From the NCBI GenBank assembly GCA_964016885.1, contig OZ024745.1, positions 81,778,001-81,842,000 of the forward strand: a stretch of DNA of 64,000 nucleotides. Reading direction: 5' to 3'. Under the pieces are notes generated by a model. That model saw only the letters and a list, made by a program, of their open reading frames with translations, did no database searches and was not told where the DNA came from. The position numbers were made by a program, and so were the translations under genes. The stretch comes from Eledone cirrhosa (Eukaryota). Position 1 is the first letter of the stretch, and every line of letters starts with the position of its first letter. Positions 50,301 to 63,992 of the stretch are shown piece after piece.

Positions 50301-50943
50301 CTAACCCTCTGAACCCTAGTCATTTTTATATATAAAAAAAAAACAAAAAAAAACAAAACAATATAGCACAAAGTTGGTGCTATTGGTGTATCATAGTAAC
50401 TGAAGTACTTCTAGCTGGATGGTCATTTCTCAGGCTTGTTGCCCTTGAGAAGAATTGATCAGAATCAACTCTGGAAGAGTTGCTATGAGGACTGTGAACC
50501 AAGTAGTCAGTCATTCTGAGTTCATATTTGCTGTCAAAATTTCTGGCCTGGGTCTGCTCCCTCAATCAGTTTGGCATCACTGACACTATCAGCAGTATTT
50601 TCATCAGAAAAACTGTAGGTTTACTCATAGGTTTTATCTTCAAAATCTGGTTGGTCCAATAGATCCAAAAGTTTCTGCACGCTATACTTCCTGCTCGTAA
50701 TTTTGGTGAAAATTCAGAGGAGAGAAGGGGTGAGGCAACGATACCAAAGAAACTTTTTGATAGCCTAACTTTTGGTTGTTGTCTACTATGATGATGATAT
50801 AGAAGAACTAATTTCAATTGTCACTCTGGTTCATTTGAAAAATCTATTTAAAAAGTATTGTGATATATGAAATTCTGGCTTGTTGGTGTTTTTGTGTTGA
50901 GTACATTCCACATAAAAATTATGTATCATGTTCAAAGGGTTAA
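50301..50943 (-). mobile_element. Second, unrelated deleted piggyBac-like element
   Basis: Ends (c)TAA-CCCTCTGAAC and GTTCAAAGGG-TTAA; minus-strand decayed acidic peptide RKYSVQKLLDLLDQPDFEDKTYE*TYSFSDENTADSVSD resembling a transposase N-terminus. Confidence 0.55.
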
Positions 50944-51267
50944 TATATATATATATATAAAATCATAAATCCAAATTTCTATGAATGTTAATTAGTATTT
51001 GCATTATTTTTTTCTCTCAAATCTCAATGGATAATTATACTACTGGCTTGTCTGCAAGTTCTATTTCTCATTTTCTCTCTTTTCAAACTTCATAATGAGT
51101 AGCTTTATTCTTTCTGCATAGTTTGATTTTTACTATGTTCTCTATGGGAATTACTCTCTTTGTGTGGATTCTTCAATGCTTTTGTTTTTTTTCTTTCTTT
51201 AAAAAAAAAAGTCTTTGATTGATATTCCCTCTTCTTTGGCTTTTTGCTTGGCTTGGGAAGACGGAAG

Positions 51268-51416
51268 ATAATGCTGCTCTAGCTTCCGACACCACAAATT
51301 CTCAGAATGAATTCTTACATGATGATGTGTTTGAGACAAATCCTGCCACTGAGCATGTAAAAGACATATCCATTCTACCTACCAATACAGCAGAGGTTCA
51401 ATTTGATGACCTGGAT
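51268..51416 (+). CDS. PPP1R12A: Probable MYPT1-like linker exon: DNAALASDTTNSQNEFLHDDVFETNPATEHVKDISILPTNTAEVQFDDLD (boundaries uncertain)
   Basis: Long pyrimidine tract, GAT|gtgagt donor; using the AG at 51266-67 gives the phase 1->0 bridge needed between 45717 and 54443. Confidence 0.55.
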
Positions 51417-54204
51417 GTGAGTATTTCACTCAAAACCCAACCAGCTGAAATTAGTTTTATGTCCACTGTTGCTGTGCCTTCTACTAAACTGGTGATGGTT
51501 GGAACCTCAACATTTTTGCTTCTGTGTATATTTTGAGCTCGCATGGATTTTAACTGTTTGAAGAAAATTACACTTTAAAGGTGTATTAAGTTTTTTTTAA
51601 ATCAAATCTGCTTTAATAATTGTTTTCATATATCTTAAAATATTAGCAGAATTTTAAGAACTTACAAAAATATATTTGACATAGGAATATTTATATATAT
51701 AGGTAATCATGCGTACTCTTAATAGATTCCCTTCTCTAGATATTAGAATTAATATAACTGATCCAACTCAAAGTTTATCTAACTGTTTCTATCTTCATAT
51801 ATATGTGTGTATGTATGTATATATATATATTAACAAATAATAAAATGATTCCACTAAACTTGTTAGTGCTTAGCTTCATTTGCTGAAACTATTATTTCTT
51901 TAGTTTTAATCTCTTATGAAATCAGTTATATAATCAACAGTAACTCTACTAATAACTTTAATTTATGGTCATTATATTAAAGTTTCACATATTTAAATCA
52001 GATGTCAAGGTATTTGTCTGCAATTGCATGCATTTTTTTAAATGCTTTTCTGAATACTGTTACTATTAATAAAAAATATCCTATATATTTTTACTTAACA
52101 CCAACTGACCATTCACTTATAAAAGTTAAACACCTTAAATTTTACAAAAAATTTGTATTTGGCTTATTTTTAAATCTGGTTCTTATTATTAAACAGCTAG
52201 GAGTATAAAGTGTCTTTGCTTACAAAAAGTTTCTTTACTTTGATAAGGCAGAATTTACTTTACTAAATTAGTAAACATTGTTTATAAGATTTACAACTGA
52301 AGTTTCTTTTCTGCAAAATGTATTGAAGTATCTATAAAACAGTATAACTGGATTTTTATGTAATTTATAGAGATGAACTTAAGTGAATTTTTTTCTTAGA
52401 CTACATGTTGAAGAAGAGATGTGACAATAAAAGTGATCCACAGTTAATAACATGGACTCTTGTTAATGAGAAATAAATAATGTCTTGGACAGAAAAATGA
52501 ATTATTTTATTATATCAAAACATATTTGTTGATTATCTTAGTATATTATTGTCTTGCCAGTTTTGATGCATATGAAAAGAACTTTCCATTGCTCGTTTGT
52601 GCACCTCTTTGCAAATGTTTGCTCATATATTTAGCATTAATCATTATAAATTCAAACACTTACACACACCTATGTGAAAACTTTATATGCAGCTATGCTC
52701 TATGACCCTTACATATAAATATGTCTACAGCTAAAATGTTGGCATCTAATTATTTCTCATGAAATGCATTGATATTTATTTCTCATTCACTGTAAAAATG
52801 GAAAGATATTTTTATCTTGTATTATTAAATTCCTGTTCAACCCTTGTGGTTAATAAAGAAAGCATTATTAAATTCCTGTGTTGGGAAAATATTCACAATC
52901 CATCAGATCCCAAAAGAACATGTTTATTTCCTACTTATACTTTAGACCAGCAAACTGAGATTTGCTTTGTTATAATTCCTGTTTATTTCCTACTTATACA
53001 TCTGACCAACAAGCTGAAATTTGTTTTGTTATAATTTCTATGTACGATGTATTTGTCAGGTGTAAACTTTATATCCAGCATCATTCTAAGCCATCCATTA
53101 CAGCATATGACCAAAATCATATATGCCATTTCTTTAAATCTTTCCAACTCCTTTCACATATTTATGTTGAGGTTCTCATCTCTTTCTGTTAATTACTAAG
53201 TAAACCTCATCATCTTCAAACTTTCCAACTTCTCTTATCAAATTTATTGTATTTTGTTTCCGAATTTTATTTCCAATTGACAGACTAGGTAGATTTCTCT
53301 TGAATTCATAGCATACAATTTCTCAGGTCAAGTAACATGTAGATGTTCCCACCTTGTTGCATTATTTCATTTTCATTACATGATTCTGTTACCTATTATA
53401 GCAAAAACAATACAAGTTAAACCAATAAAATGTAATTTTTCATCTTTACAAAACCTGAAGAATATATATATTCTATTGGAATGGAAAAGTCATTTCGGAG
53501 CTCTATTCTGTACCTCTTGAAAATAATTATGACTAAATCAGCCAATGAAATAATTATACAGAAATGAAATTAAGGCTTAAAACTAAAATTCCCTTATATA
53601 AAACAACTACTTTATCCTATAGTTAGAGATATCACAAGCCCACACTATGTTTGTTGGGCAAGTACTAATGTTGATTTTTTTTATTTGATTTTTTTTTTTT
53701 ATTGTGTCCTATTATTTAGAGTATTTTTCTATAGTGAAATAATAATTTTAAAAATCGATGATGCCTTTAACTTGTAATACATTTGCTTATTGTTTCTAAA
53801 CATGTGTTTTGAAGTGTTGACTATTTCAAGAAAGACATTTGGTATACAAACTAAAAAAAATTTATTTGAGAATAAATTAAATTTTTATTTACAAATTCTG
53901 AAGTGATATTTACTAAATGTATAACTGTTGGTATATATTTCAAAGAATTAGATTTTAACTTCTTTTATTGATGATACTAGAAAAATATTGGTTTTGCTGC
54001 TTAAAACCTAAATGTGTACTAAATAACATTAAAAAATGTTTGTATTTTGTTGAGAGCTAGCATTTTTTATTTGGAAATATTTTTCTCTAGATAGTAAACT
54101 GAAGTATAACTTGGATATATTTTCAATATTTTAATTGCTATCAGCTAAGAGAACATATTTGTATTATGATAGTATTTATGCCTCGTTGCAGCATGCTTAC
54201 TTGT

Positions 54205-54395
54205 TTTGTACACTGCCCTCTATATCCCCACCACCCCACCTACCTGTATACATAACCCCGTCACCCCACCTACCTGTGTACACTACCCTTTATATCTTCA
54301 CCACCACACCTACCTATGTACATAGCCCTTTATATCCCCTCCACCACACCTGCCTGTGTACACAACCCTCTATTCTCACTACCCCCAGTGCCTGT
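54205..54395. repeat. ~35-40-bp degenerate tandem repeat directly upstream of an exon
   Basis: Recurring tacac..ccct.tatatc..caccacc.cacctacctgtg. Confidence 0.8.
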
Positions 54396-54442
54396 GCTAA
54401 AGCTGCATCTTCCCTTACCTGTGATCAATTAATGATTTTTAG

Positions 54443-54658
54443 GTGCCTTCTTCACCAAGTGGTACACAACCTACCCTGGCAAGTACTCCCTTTGTCATTG
54501 GATCCCAAAACAGCACCTCCACAGTCCAATCAAAGACATCAGAATTACGTAAAATTGGCAGCACTAGTATGGTTCCTAATGAGGCTAGTGAATATAATGC
54601 TGACTCTATTCTCCGTTCAGCATCAGCATCTCGACTTGCATGTGATGATAATTCTAAT
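54443..54658 (+). CDS. PPP1R12A: MYPT1-like exon containing ELRKIGSTS and ILRSASASRL motifs
   Basis: tttttag acceptor, AAT|gtgagt donor, 216 nt phase 0->0; motifs resemble MYPT1 LRKTGSY and TRSASSPRL. Confidence 0.85.
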
Positions 54659-54844
54659 GTGAGTGTGCATCACTTTATTGCTTATTGGAGAACATTAATT
54701 TTCCAGTTATAAGCTGTGAAATATATTAAGGTGGTCCAGTAAAAAAAATGTTTTGCTCCATTATTATTTTAGAATAGTTTTAAGTTAAGTCTGTCTTTTG
54801 GAAAATTCTCCCCTTTTGTATAGCAAACTAAATTTCATTATTTT

Positions 54845-55030
54845 TCTTGGCAGAATTGTTAGTGTTGGACAAAATGCTTTGCAGTATTTGTTCCGGCTCT
54901 TTACGTTCTGAGTCCAAATCCTGTTGAAGTCAACTTTTCCTTTCATCCATCTGGGGCTGGTAATATAAAGTAACATTATTGGGGTCGATATTATCGGCTT
55001 ACCCTATACCCCAAATTGTAGGCTAGTTTT
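54845..55030 (+). mobile_element. SINE family 2, degenerate
   Basis: ggcagaattgttag...ttctgagtccaaatcc...gtcaactttt.ctttcatcc. Confidence 0.7.
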
Positions 55031-55314
55031 AGAATTATTTTTCTTTTGAATACAACAGATTTCTAGAATCTTCATTTTTATAGACAAAACATTAATTTTG
55101 TGTGTTACTACTAATTAGCTTTTTGCTTATAATTGGAAATTAACCACCTGTTTTGTTTTATCTTTGAACTGGCTGTTTTTTATTTTCATTTTAATTAATA
55201 TTTATATAATCTAATTTTATTTGACATGTAGAGTAGGGAAGCCTACAGAGGTGGGGGCTTCTTTTTGATTTGGTTTCAGCCTTTTTTCTAAATATATATA
55301 TTTTTTCCATTTAG

Positions 55315-55415
55315 AATACATCAGACTCCCAGCAAACTCCAAGCAGTGTCTCATCAGGAAATGTCTCTGCTGAGTTCACATTAACAGCACCTTCAGCACC
55401 TTCAGCAGTTGACAG
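55315..55415 (+). CDS. PPP1R12A: MYPT1-like exon: NTSDSQQTPSSVSSGNVSAEFTLTAPSAPSAVD(R)
   Basis: ttttccatttag acceptor, AG|gtttgt donor; phase 0->2. Confidence 0.75.
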
Positions 55416-55830
55416 GTTTGTGGGATTGTATAAGCAATTAAAGGCTAACTTTTTATTCAACAAAAATATACAATTTCTTCATTGTATTTAGTTTAAATTC
55501 TCCAATGTACCTTAATTGTTCTTATTAATATAATATATATTTGAGTTGTTTATTTTCTTTTAATAATATACTCATAATAATTATATTTCTGACCAATTAA
55601 TTTGGAAAAATAATTCATAATTCAATTAATTTGAATTTTATCTATATTCTCATACTAAAAAGTTTTGATATGAAAACTCTTTTTTTGTTTGATTTCTAAA
55701 ATATCTTAAAATAATTGCTTCATCCAATCAGCTGTATTTGATTTAGTGAGAGTACATATATACATATATATGAGAAAGATGCTCAGATTCATTTTTTTTT
55801 TCAGTTAAAAGTGTTTATATGTCCTATTAT

Positions 55831-56059
55831 TTAACCCTTTAGCATTTACATTACTCTATATATATACTATTGTATTTTTTGTGATAAAGGCTTTACCTCA
55901 CATAATTATTTCACAATATACTGAATCAACGAGATTTCGATGTTATTTATTTTGAGAACAATACCATATCAGTATACGCGGCCAGCTATGGCCAGTTTTA
56001 ACAAAAAGAGGTGAGAGAATTCTGGACAGATATGGGTGGTTTAAATGCTAAAGAGTTAA
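55831..56059. mobile_element. piggyBac-type MITE
   Basis: TTAA CCCTTTAGCATTTA ... TAAATGCTAAAGAG TTAA. Confidence 0.9.
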
Positions 56060-56277
56060 ACTATTTCTCTATAGTTAAAAAAAAAATTGACGAAGCTTCC
56101 AACTTTCTCATAAATTTCAAATTTCGCTCATTTCTGAAAACACACTTTCGTTAATATATATGTATAGTAGTAATGATAAATACAAAGACCAAAATCCAGA
56201 GAGGTCTTGATAAGGGCTATATATATAAACCTGTAGAGCAAATATTTATTATTAGCACATATGCTTTAATCTCTACT

Positions 56278-56309
<32 letters not shown>

Positions 56310-58449
56310 ATGTGCATGTGTACATATAATGTTGCTAAGCCAGATGTGTTCTGAAAGAAGGAGTAAATAATGATGGTACCATATATTATTAAAACCTTTT
56401 ATTGAATACCTGAATAAAACTTTGAGTTCATCAATCACCATATTTTCTTCAATGGAACTAGATGCTTATTAATTCTCACTTCATTTTAGTGGTTGGTGCC
56501 TAGAAAGGTTCTTCTGTTCACAGAGCACATATCTAAATTTATGCTTAAGAGTGAATGGTTCATTTCTTATCTTCCATTTACTGTCCAGAGCCATTCTGGA
56601 ATATTAAAAAAAAGCTAGCTCTTTTTATTTTATCAGCAAGATATTTCAATAAGTTGCTGATCAGCTGAATATTACCAAGACATTCTTGTGAATAATTATA
56701 CCTTAATGTACTTGGTGATAGCAATGTTGTTTCTTCATTTTTTCTTTTATTTAATATAAAGTATTACCGTAATAAAAATTACATTTTGGTAGAATTATAA
56801 ATATTGATAAATTTTAAATTTCAAAGTGAAAGTTGATCAATTTTGTTTGCAAATAGTATTCTTGAGAATGAAGGCAAGTCTTTACTGGTGAAAATACAGC
56901 TGATTTGTATATTGCGTGTGTTTATCAGTTTAATTTCTTTGAATATATTTATGTTTGCATACTTTTGTATACTTAAATGCCTTTTTTGGCATGACCCTGT
57001 AAGGATAGCATGTTCAATGTTGTATCCCATTTTCTATTTAGTTTTCTGGGGTTTTTTCATGACTATGTGTGTCCTTTGCCTGTATGTTATCTAAGTGTGT
57101 TTATAGTCTACAATTACCTTTGTTACCTGCATGTAGAATGAAGCCTCACCTCTCTCTCCACATCATTCCAGTAATCATTAACATTTTGAAACAAAAAAAC
57201 TTAATTCCTTTAACATGATTGAATGCATTTTTGTTGAAAACATAACTCTTTAGAGAATGTTTGCTAATTTTTAGTCCTGACTACATGGCTTTTAACTGTT
57301 TCCCATTACAAATTCTTCAACTATACTTGACTCAAGCAAATCATCTTGTTGATTGATATTTATAGTAGTCATATTATGCCTGTTGTCTCATCTTTTTTCT
57401 CTTCACCTATTTGATTCTAAATTGACCTGTTGCCTAATATTGTGAGCTTGCTTTACACTTTACCTATGCTTTACATTTTACCTATTACTGAAGTTCTTGC
57501 ACCTAAAATGTATTTTTTGTAGAAAAAATGGGATTAAGGGTAAAACTATGATGCAAAAGCAGTATGGTTAATTTGGACAAAAGTCTCATATTCATAGGTA
57601 GAAAATAAACATTCGAAAACCAATACAAAGCAGTTCATACCAAGGATTTTCTAAAAACTCTTACAATGGGGCATATGTAAATATATCTATATATGTCACT
57701 GAAACACTGTCAGATCTCTCTTTTATTACCTCTTACACTAGTCATTTTTCTGAAGGAATTAAATAGAATGTGTAAGAGAAAGTTGTGGTCAGCTTGCTGT
57801 ATCAATGTCTATTAATATTTCTTGGTCATGTAAAGTAACTCTAATGTATGTTGGCTGGTGTTGCTGTTCAATAATGCAGCTTCTACATGGGCACTTAGCA
57901 TGCTAGAAATTCATGCCAAGCATCCCTCAAATCACATACATTGTCCTAAAGGGTATACAAAAAGACAAGATAGTTAAGACAGGAATTCCTTTCATCATAA
58001 TTTTGTCCAATCACAGTGGGATTTGGATTAAACAACATAGTTTCTTTCCAACCAATGAGAGGAGGCTTTAACACAGCTGCTAAATCTGCTAGAAATAGCA
58101 GCCAAATTGCCTTCTAATCACACCTTACTGTCTTAAATTAGGGAAGGACACCAACTTCTACACATATATCATCATCATTTTTACATCTGTTTTTCCATGT
58201 TGACATGGGTTTGGCTGGATGCAACAGTTTGTAACGAGATGGGTTCAATTGTCACATCTTGGTCATATGTTCCATTTATGGCTTTATTTCTACAGCTGGA
58301 TGCCTTTCTTCACACCATTCACTTTATGGAGTGTAATGAGTAAATTTTATCATGGCACCAGCACTACCATTTTATGGAGTTTACTTGGTACATTTTATTG
58401 TTGTGCCAGCACTGCTGAAGAGATCAGAGATTATTGATCTCTGTTCCCA

Positions 58450-59500
58450 TTTTTCCTTATAGCATGTGTATTTATGGATGTCTTTGTGCTGACAGAAGGT
58501 GTTCATAATAGAAAGCCCATTACTAGAAGAGAAATCTAATAAAGGCTTATCCTTTCATATTTAGATCAGGTTTGCTGTACTTTCCAGTCACTTCTTTCCA
58601 GGTCATGTATCCGTATTCAGACTCTCTGTTTGGTTCATAAACTTGCACCATCCACACAGACCTTTTTTTCAGCCTAAGCTTCAAAAGGCAAATCTTTCTT
58701 CCCAATGGGATCCAGTCCATAACACATTCTGACAGCTAGGGGCTTGTGAGTATCCCCACTTCCACCCGTGCAGTCATTTCTTGTATCACACCTGAATAGT
58801 GAAGTTTCTATACTCCATCCAAACCTACAGTACCAGAGAAATGGGACTTTGTTGAGGAAACCCCAACTATATCTAGCCAGTAGCATTTAGCTTCCACTAG
58901 TTCCTGTAAGGGTTGTAATGTTCCAGTTAATCAAAGTTTGTTCCCTCCCAGTCCCTCTCTGCTTCCGTCCTACACCTCTCAGGACATGTTGCAGGCCCAT
59001 CACCAGTTCTTGCAGTGTTGGGTGGAGTTAGTAATATATTTTTTGAAGAAGCCTCTCTATCTAAGGACTGAATGCATCATTTGTTATTCTGTGTGAAGGA
59101 TGATATGGTATGGATGTCTTTACTGTTTCCAGCTATATTGCACTGATTTGGTAATCTCATTCATGCCAGTCACCAATTTGGTATTTTTTCAAACCTGCGA
59201 AGTCTAGGCTTTTTTTTGTGTGGCCTTTACTTACCTCATCCTAGCTATATCACTGAATTGTGAGAGTTTTCTTGGGAGCTAACAGTGCCACCCATTGCTC
59301 CATCTCCCTTAGTAGTTTAATACTGTTGGCCTGGTATTGCTTATTCATCTAGCAGGAGCCAGCTTATTTCATAATTAATCATCATATCTAGTGGCTGTAT
59401 CACTATCTGACACCTGCAACCCATTCTCTATCAGAACAGCACTGTCGAGAAGCAACGTGTTTACTAATGAGAAAGTAGAGGGTAGCAGGAGAGTGTTGCA
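58450..59500 (-). mobile_element. Old antisense LINE 5' portion (APE endonuclease remnant)
   Basis: Minus-strand SNGL.IMNTFCQHKDIHKYT motif; heavily decayed. Confidence 0.55.
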
Positions 59501-59801
59501 AATATCAATGAGAACTGCCTCTAACTACTAAGTCATTTTATGTCCCTTTTCCCATATTGGTATGGGATATATATTACATAAACTAGTGAAAAAGCACCCT
59601 GATAACAGGGTTTCTTATAGTATTATAAAAACCCTTGGATCAACTTAAAATCACTTTTTCCTGAAGTACATTGTTAACCATGTTGATTTGGTGAAATAAA
59701 TGTGTAGGAACTGCTGCATTTTGAATATTTGTAAGTTAAATTGCCTTTTTCATAGAAAGAAATCACATTTTTGGAGTCTACTGCTTAATATTGGTTATAT
59801 T

Positions 59802-59832
<31 letters not shown>

Positions 59833-61128
59833 AATTATTGTGTAAAGTGCTTAGGTGCACTACAACTCGTCAAAGGTGCATGTCAATTTCTATTATAGTA
59901 TCGACCAAATTAACTGAAGCTCTTTTGTATGAAGATTCCAATTTTAACAGAAAATAGTATTACATTTGGTTATTGTCTTGAATTGGTGTTTTAAAAAACA
60001 ACCAACCAAACAACCAGATAGTAAAATTAACATTTCATTTCAAAGCTGTGTTTAGTTGCATTTTGGTATTGCTTTCTTATTTCATTTTCTTTTGAACATA
60101 TATACTCTATATATTAACGCTTCTTTACAATAAGTTATGTTCACTTTATTTGAAGCCCCAAATTGAAGATGGTTCATTTTTTTTTACATTTGGTTTTGCT
60201 TTTTATCTTGCTTTAGACTTTCACTCTTTATTTAGCACTTACCACATCTATCTGTTATATGGAATTGCTTTGCTTTAAAAGTAGAATTATATCCCTCCTC
60301 CAATTAAAAATAATTAAATTCCCTCAACGATTTCTTGTCATTCTAATTTGGAAAATGTTTCCTCATGGAATAGAATTAGTAAAAGCTTGGGATTGCTCAA
60401 CTAGCTCCCTCCCATCCTTTTTTTATAAAAAAGAAACAAAGCTTTCTTTAACAATCTCTCTCTCCACCACGTTCACTCTTATTTTGGGCTTTCTCTAACA
60501 TATAGCTCATCTTTCCAATTACTAATTTCACCACCAGCACAGTCTGCATTTGTAGCACTACAATAAATTGTCACTTAAAGTTTTAAAATTTACTATGTAG
60601 TGAATTAGAATTTTCATTGAGAGCCAACATTAAATGTTTGTGTTGCACAGGCATATAGTAATATTTCAGAAACTGACTTTGAATGTCCTTCTCACTTTGA
60701 ATCAATAAACTGAATGCATGTAATCAAATCAAAGCTATTTGATTCTGCAGCAAAAAGTTAGTAAATTAGATATTTAGAAAGCCCATTGACTTGTTGTCAA
60801 GCTAAATGTTGTCAACGTTTTTGAGAATAAAGAAATGAAAGACTTAAAAACACTATCAAAGCTGATGTTGGTTTAATTCAACATTGCAATTATTCAATAG
60901 CTAAGCTTTATCAGTCACCTCATGTAAGTTAATTGAATATATAAAATATTTGATAATAGAATTCCTATTTTGATATTTCCCATAACTTGGTTTTTCTTCC
61001 TAACTTCTGAATATAACAATGGTCTCCTTCTGTGTGCTTCACTATCATCTCTCAAACACCCATATCACTGTAGTTTTGTCTGTTTGTAACCTGCATGAAG
61101 CATGTCGTGCTGCTTGCTATCCTTACAG

Positions 61129-61554
61129 ATCATCCTGCCGCCCGTCCAGCTATAACCGGTTAGCTAGTCCCTATAGCTCCTTTACCGGACATTATGTGCC
61201 TTACTATCACAGACTTGAAGAAAAACGTGCCGAAAAGCAGAAGAACTCCACTGTAGCCACGACAGCGACCATAACCACATCCACATCAACTACCCTACCA
61301 AGCAACAGCAGAAACTCTCTGGTTACCACAGATAGTTCCGGTGTTAATGAAAATGCTGAATCAACCGATACAAAAGTGATGTCATCGTTGCCTTCTAGCA
61401 TTACTGTAACAATTGCTAGTACCACTCCTACAACTGCCGTAACTATTACTTCAACAACCACCATGGCTTCAGTTTCAATTACCACTCCTACTACAACTAT
61501 ACCATCGAGCATCACAACGGATATATCAAGACCATCATCAACAATAACTAAAAG
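61129..61554 (+). CDS. PPP1R12A: MYPT1-like Thr/Ser-rich exon (SSCRPSSYNRLASPY...YVPYYHRLEEKR...TITKR)
   Basis: ccttacag acceptor, AG|gtatac donor; 426 nt open, phase 2->2; composition like the MYPT1 central Ser/Thr region. Confidence 0.8.
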
Positions 61555-63026
61555 GTATACTTGAGGATACATTATGCATTCTGACTGGTAGAGCATAATA
61601 TTCATTTTAGCTTATTCTTTCTATGACTGAATTTAGTTAGTTAGGTTACTTTATTGCTTAGATTTCATTCAGTTCTTTTGGCATTTATGTAATGCTAAGA
61701 ATTTAAGGCTGTTATGTAAAGTCAGCATCTACTTTGAGTTTTCTAATCAGTTACATGTTAATTCAGTAGCATTGAAACAGTTCTTGATTATTTCAAATAA
61801 TGATGGCACAGTTTTCATTTGAAGGGTAAAGTAGTTTTTTTAGACTATGGGTAGATTTTGAAAGGTTAATATTGTTGAAAAGCAATTCTAGCCCATTGAT
61901 GGTTAACTGCACTGGTTGCAGATTGAACTTTGGAACATGCTCTTTTATTTCTTTTATCATTATAATCTGGATAACATGTTTTATCCCAACTGACACAAAC
62001 AAATCTGTTAAACTCTTTAGACATACATAACTTAAGGACTGTGTACATATTAATATAAACATCCAGTTAATTACTTGTTTAAGTGTCTAGAGTAACAAGT
62101 CTTCAATTTTGGACACTCCTCTATAAGGATCTCTATGCCTCTAAGTGGTTGGTGAATTTCATTTTCACTTGATATAAGCCTAGTTTTTCATATTTCTTAT
62201 TTAGAATATCAATTCTTTGTGACCATCTTCCTTGTTAATCTTCCAAATTATTTCGGAACTATTTTCGGAACTTTGTATGATGTTATATTTGTATATATAC
62301 ATATATAGTTTTTGAATATGTAATTTAAGGATAATATGCCATCAGCTGTTTAATTCAGCTCTATTTTATGCCACATAGATTTTATCTATACAGAGGGGTA
62401 GGGGGGGGGGGACCTTTTTCATCCTCATCCCAGCGATGCCTATCTTTATTCTTTTACCTCCCTTATCCCCAAAGCAGCAAGTGTTGATAAAGCCTAATGG
62501 TTTGACAGCTTAAAGCTGTGTGTTTCGCTGTTTGTGTGTCGCATTGTTTGTGTTGCGTTGTTTGTGTTTATTGAAAATATTTTTTATTAATACAAAAACA
62601 ATTTTACTGATCAATATATGATGAAAGTGTGTAGTGTTTGTTGATACATAATTTATATGTTAATTTAGTTTTGTCACTTCTAAATCACTGGTTTCCTGCT
62701 TCAAAGGTGGATCATCCCTCAGTAAGTAATTGCCCCTTTCTAAAAGGTGGGGCATTTTTCTGTGTTTGAAACAAGCTGAAATTATGGAAAATTCTTGTAG
62801 AAAATCAACTGTGGAAGTTTGGGTGCAACAATTAATTAATTTTCTCTATATTGTCATTATTATAATCATCATCGCATCTAATTAACCATACTAACATGGA
62901 TGGATAGGTTTGCAGTGTGAAATATTGCCATTCACGTCCTGAATACCTGAGGCTGCAGGTAGCAGCTTGATGTTTGTTAGGTCAAATTTTCCGGTTAAGT
63001 AACTACAATGACTTATATATCAAAGT

Positions 63027-63059
<33 letters not shown>

Positions 63060-63960
63060 TGAAAAATTTTAAATGGCTATCATGTATATGTAACCGATTT
63101 CTCAGACTTTTACAAAGTGTTGAGAAGATAAAGTTAATATAAAGAATGATGTGCTCATGCATGGAGAGGCTTTAAAATAGGGTGAAGTCCCTTAAAGGAT
63201 TGGGAAAAAAAGTTGTCGTCAGTCGTTATGAGGACTCACTCTATATCTCTCAGATAGCGGCTAGATGCTTTATGCCATTAAGTCAAGGGACTGATAACTC
63301 TTACTGTCTTAATGGTCTAAAGCCTCTAACTATTATCTGGGAGATATGGGGTTTGATTCCTCATAGTAGCCAATAGCAACTTCCTTTTCTGTTTTTAAAG
63401 GGTCTTCGCTCTATTTTATAAGCTATTTTATAGCATCTCTGCACATGGGAACATCGTTTTTAATACTATTGAAATGGCTAGTTTAAAACTTTTAGGGGAA
63501 AGTGGCAGTCACAGACGTTAACCTGTCTGTATGCCATCCATACTATTTCACATAGTAGTAGCAGCAAAGCCAGAAAGTTTAACATTTTTATGGCTACAGA
63601 AAGCAGCTCAAAGACAAAAACTCAGCACCAACACAGAAAGCAACAATGATAATGATAACTTCAATTTGCCACTTTCTTTTCCCCCTACAACAACAGTACC
63701 AGCAACAACTCTGAAAGTAATAACAAAACCAGCACGTGCTATGGCTATAAAAGACTAATATAACAGATTATAGGATAAATCTGGTATAAAATGGCAAAAA
63801 GTGTTATGTATAAAATAGCTGCAGTCTCATAAAAAATGAGATCAATGTAACTTGAAACCCTGATCAATCTGTTGATTTTCTCTAATCCAGCTCATAAGCA
63901 CATATATATAATATATATATTTACATAGACAAAGTGAAGTGTCTACATTTCGAAATTGAA

Positions 63961-63992
63961 ACTAGCAAATTGAGTTACCCGGTAACTTAACT
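63961..63992 (-). mobile_element. Probable Helitron 3' terminus (element continues beyond window)
   Basis: Minus strand: hairpin agttacc-g-ggtaact followed by CTAG|T. Confidence 0.45.

Noticed and set aside
57137-57170. 34-nt candidate exon after TGCATGTAG with a gtaatc donor
   Set aside because: Not frame-preserving with the neighbouring exons; weak donor.
63531-63758. 75-aa ORF with a Thr/Asn-rich stretch as a possible next MYPT1 exon
   Set aside because: No convincing splice pair in phase 2 and none of the expected conserved RDEE/RRSTQGV sequence.
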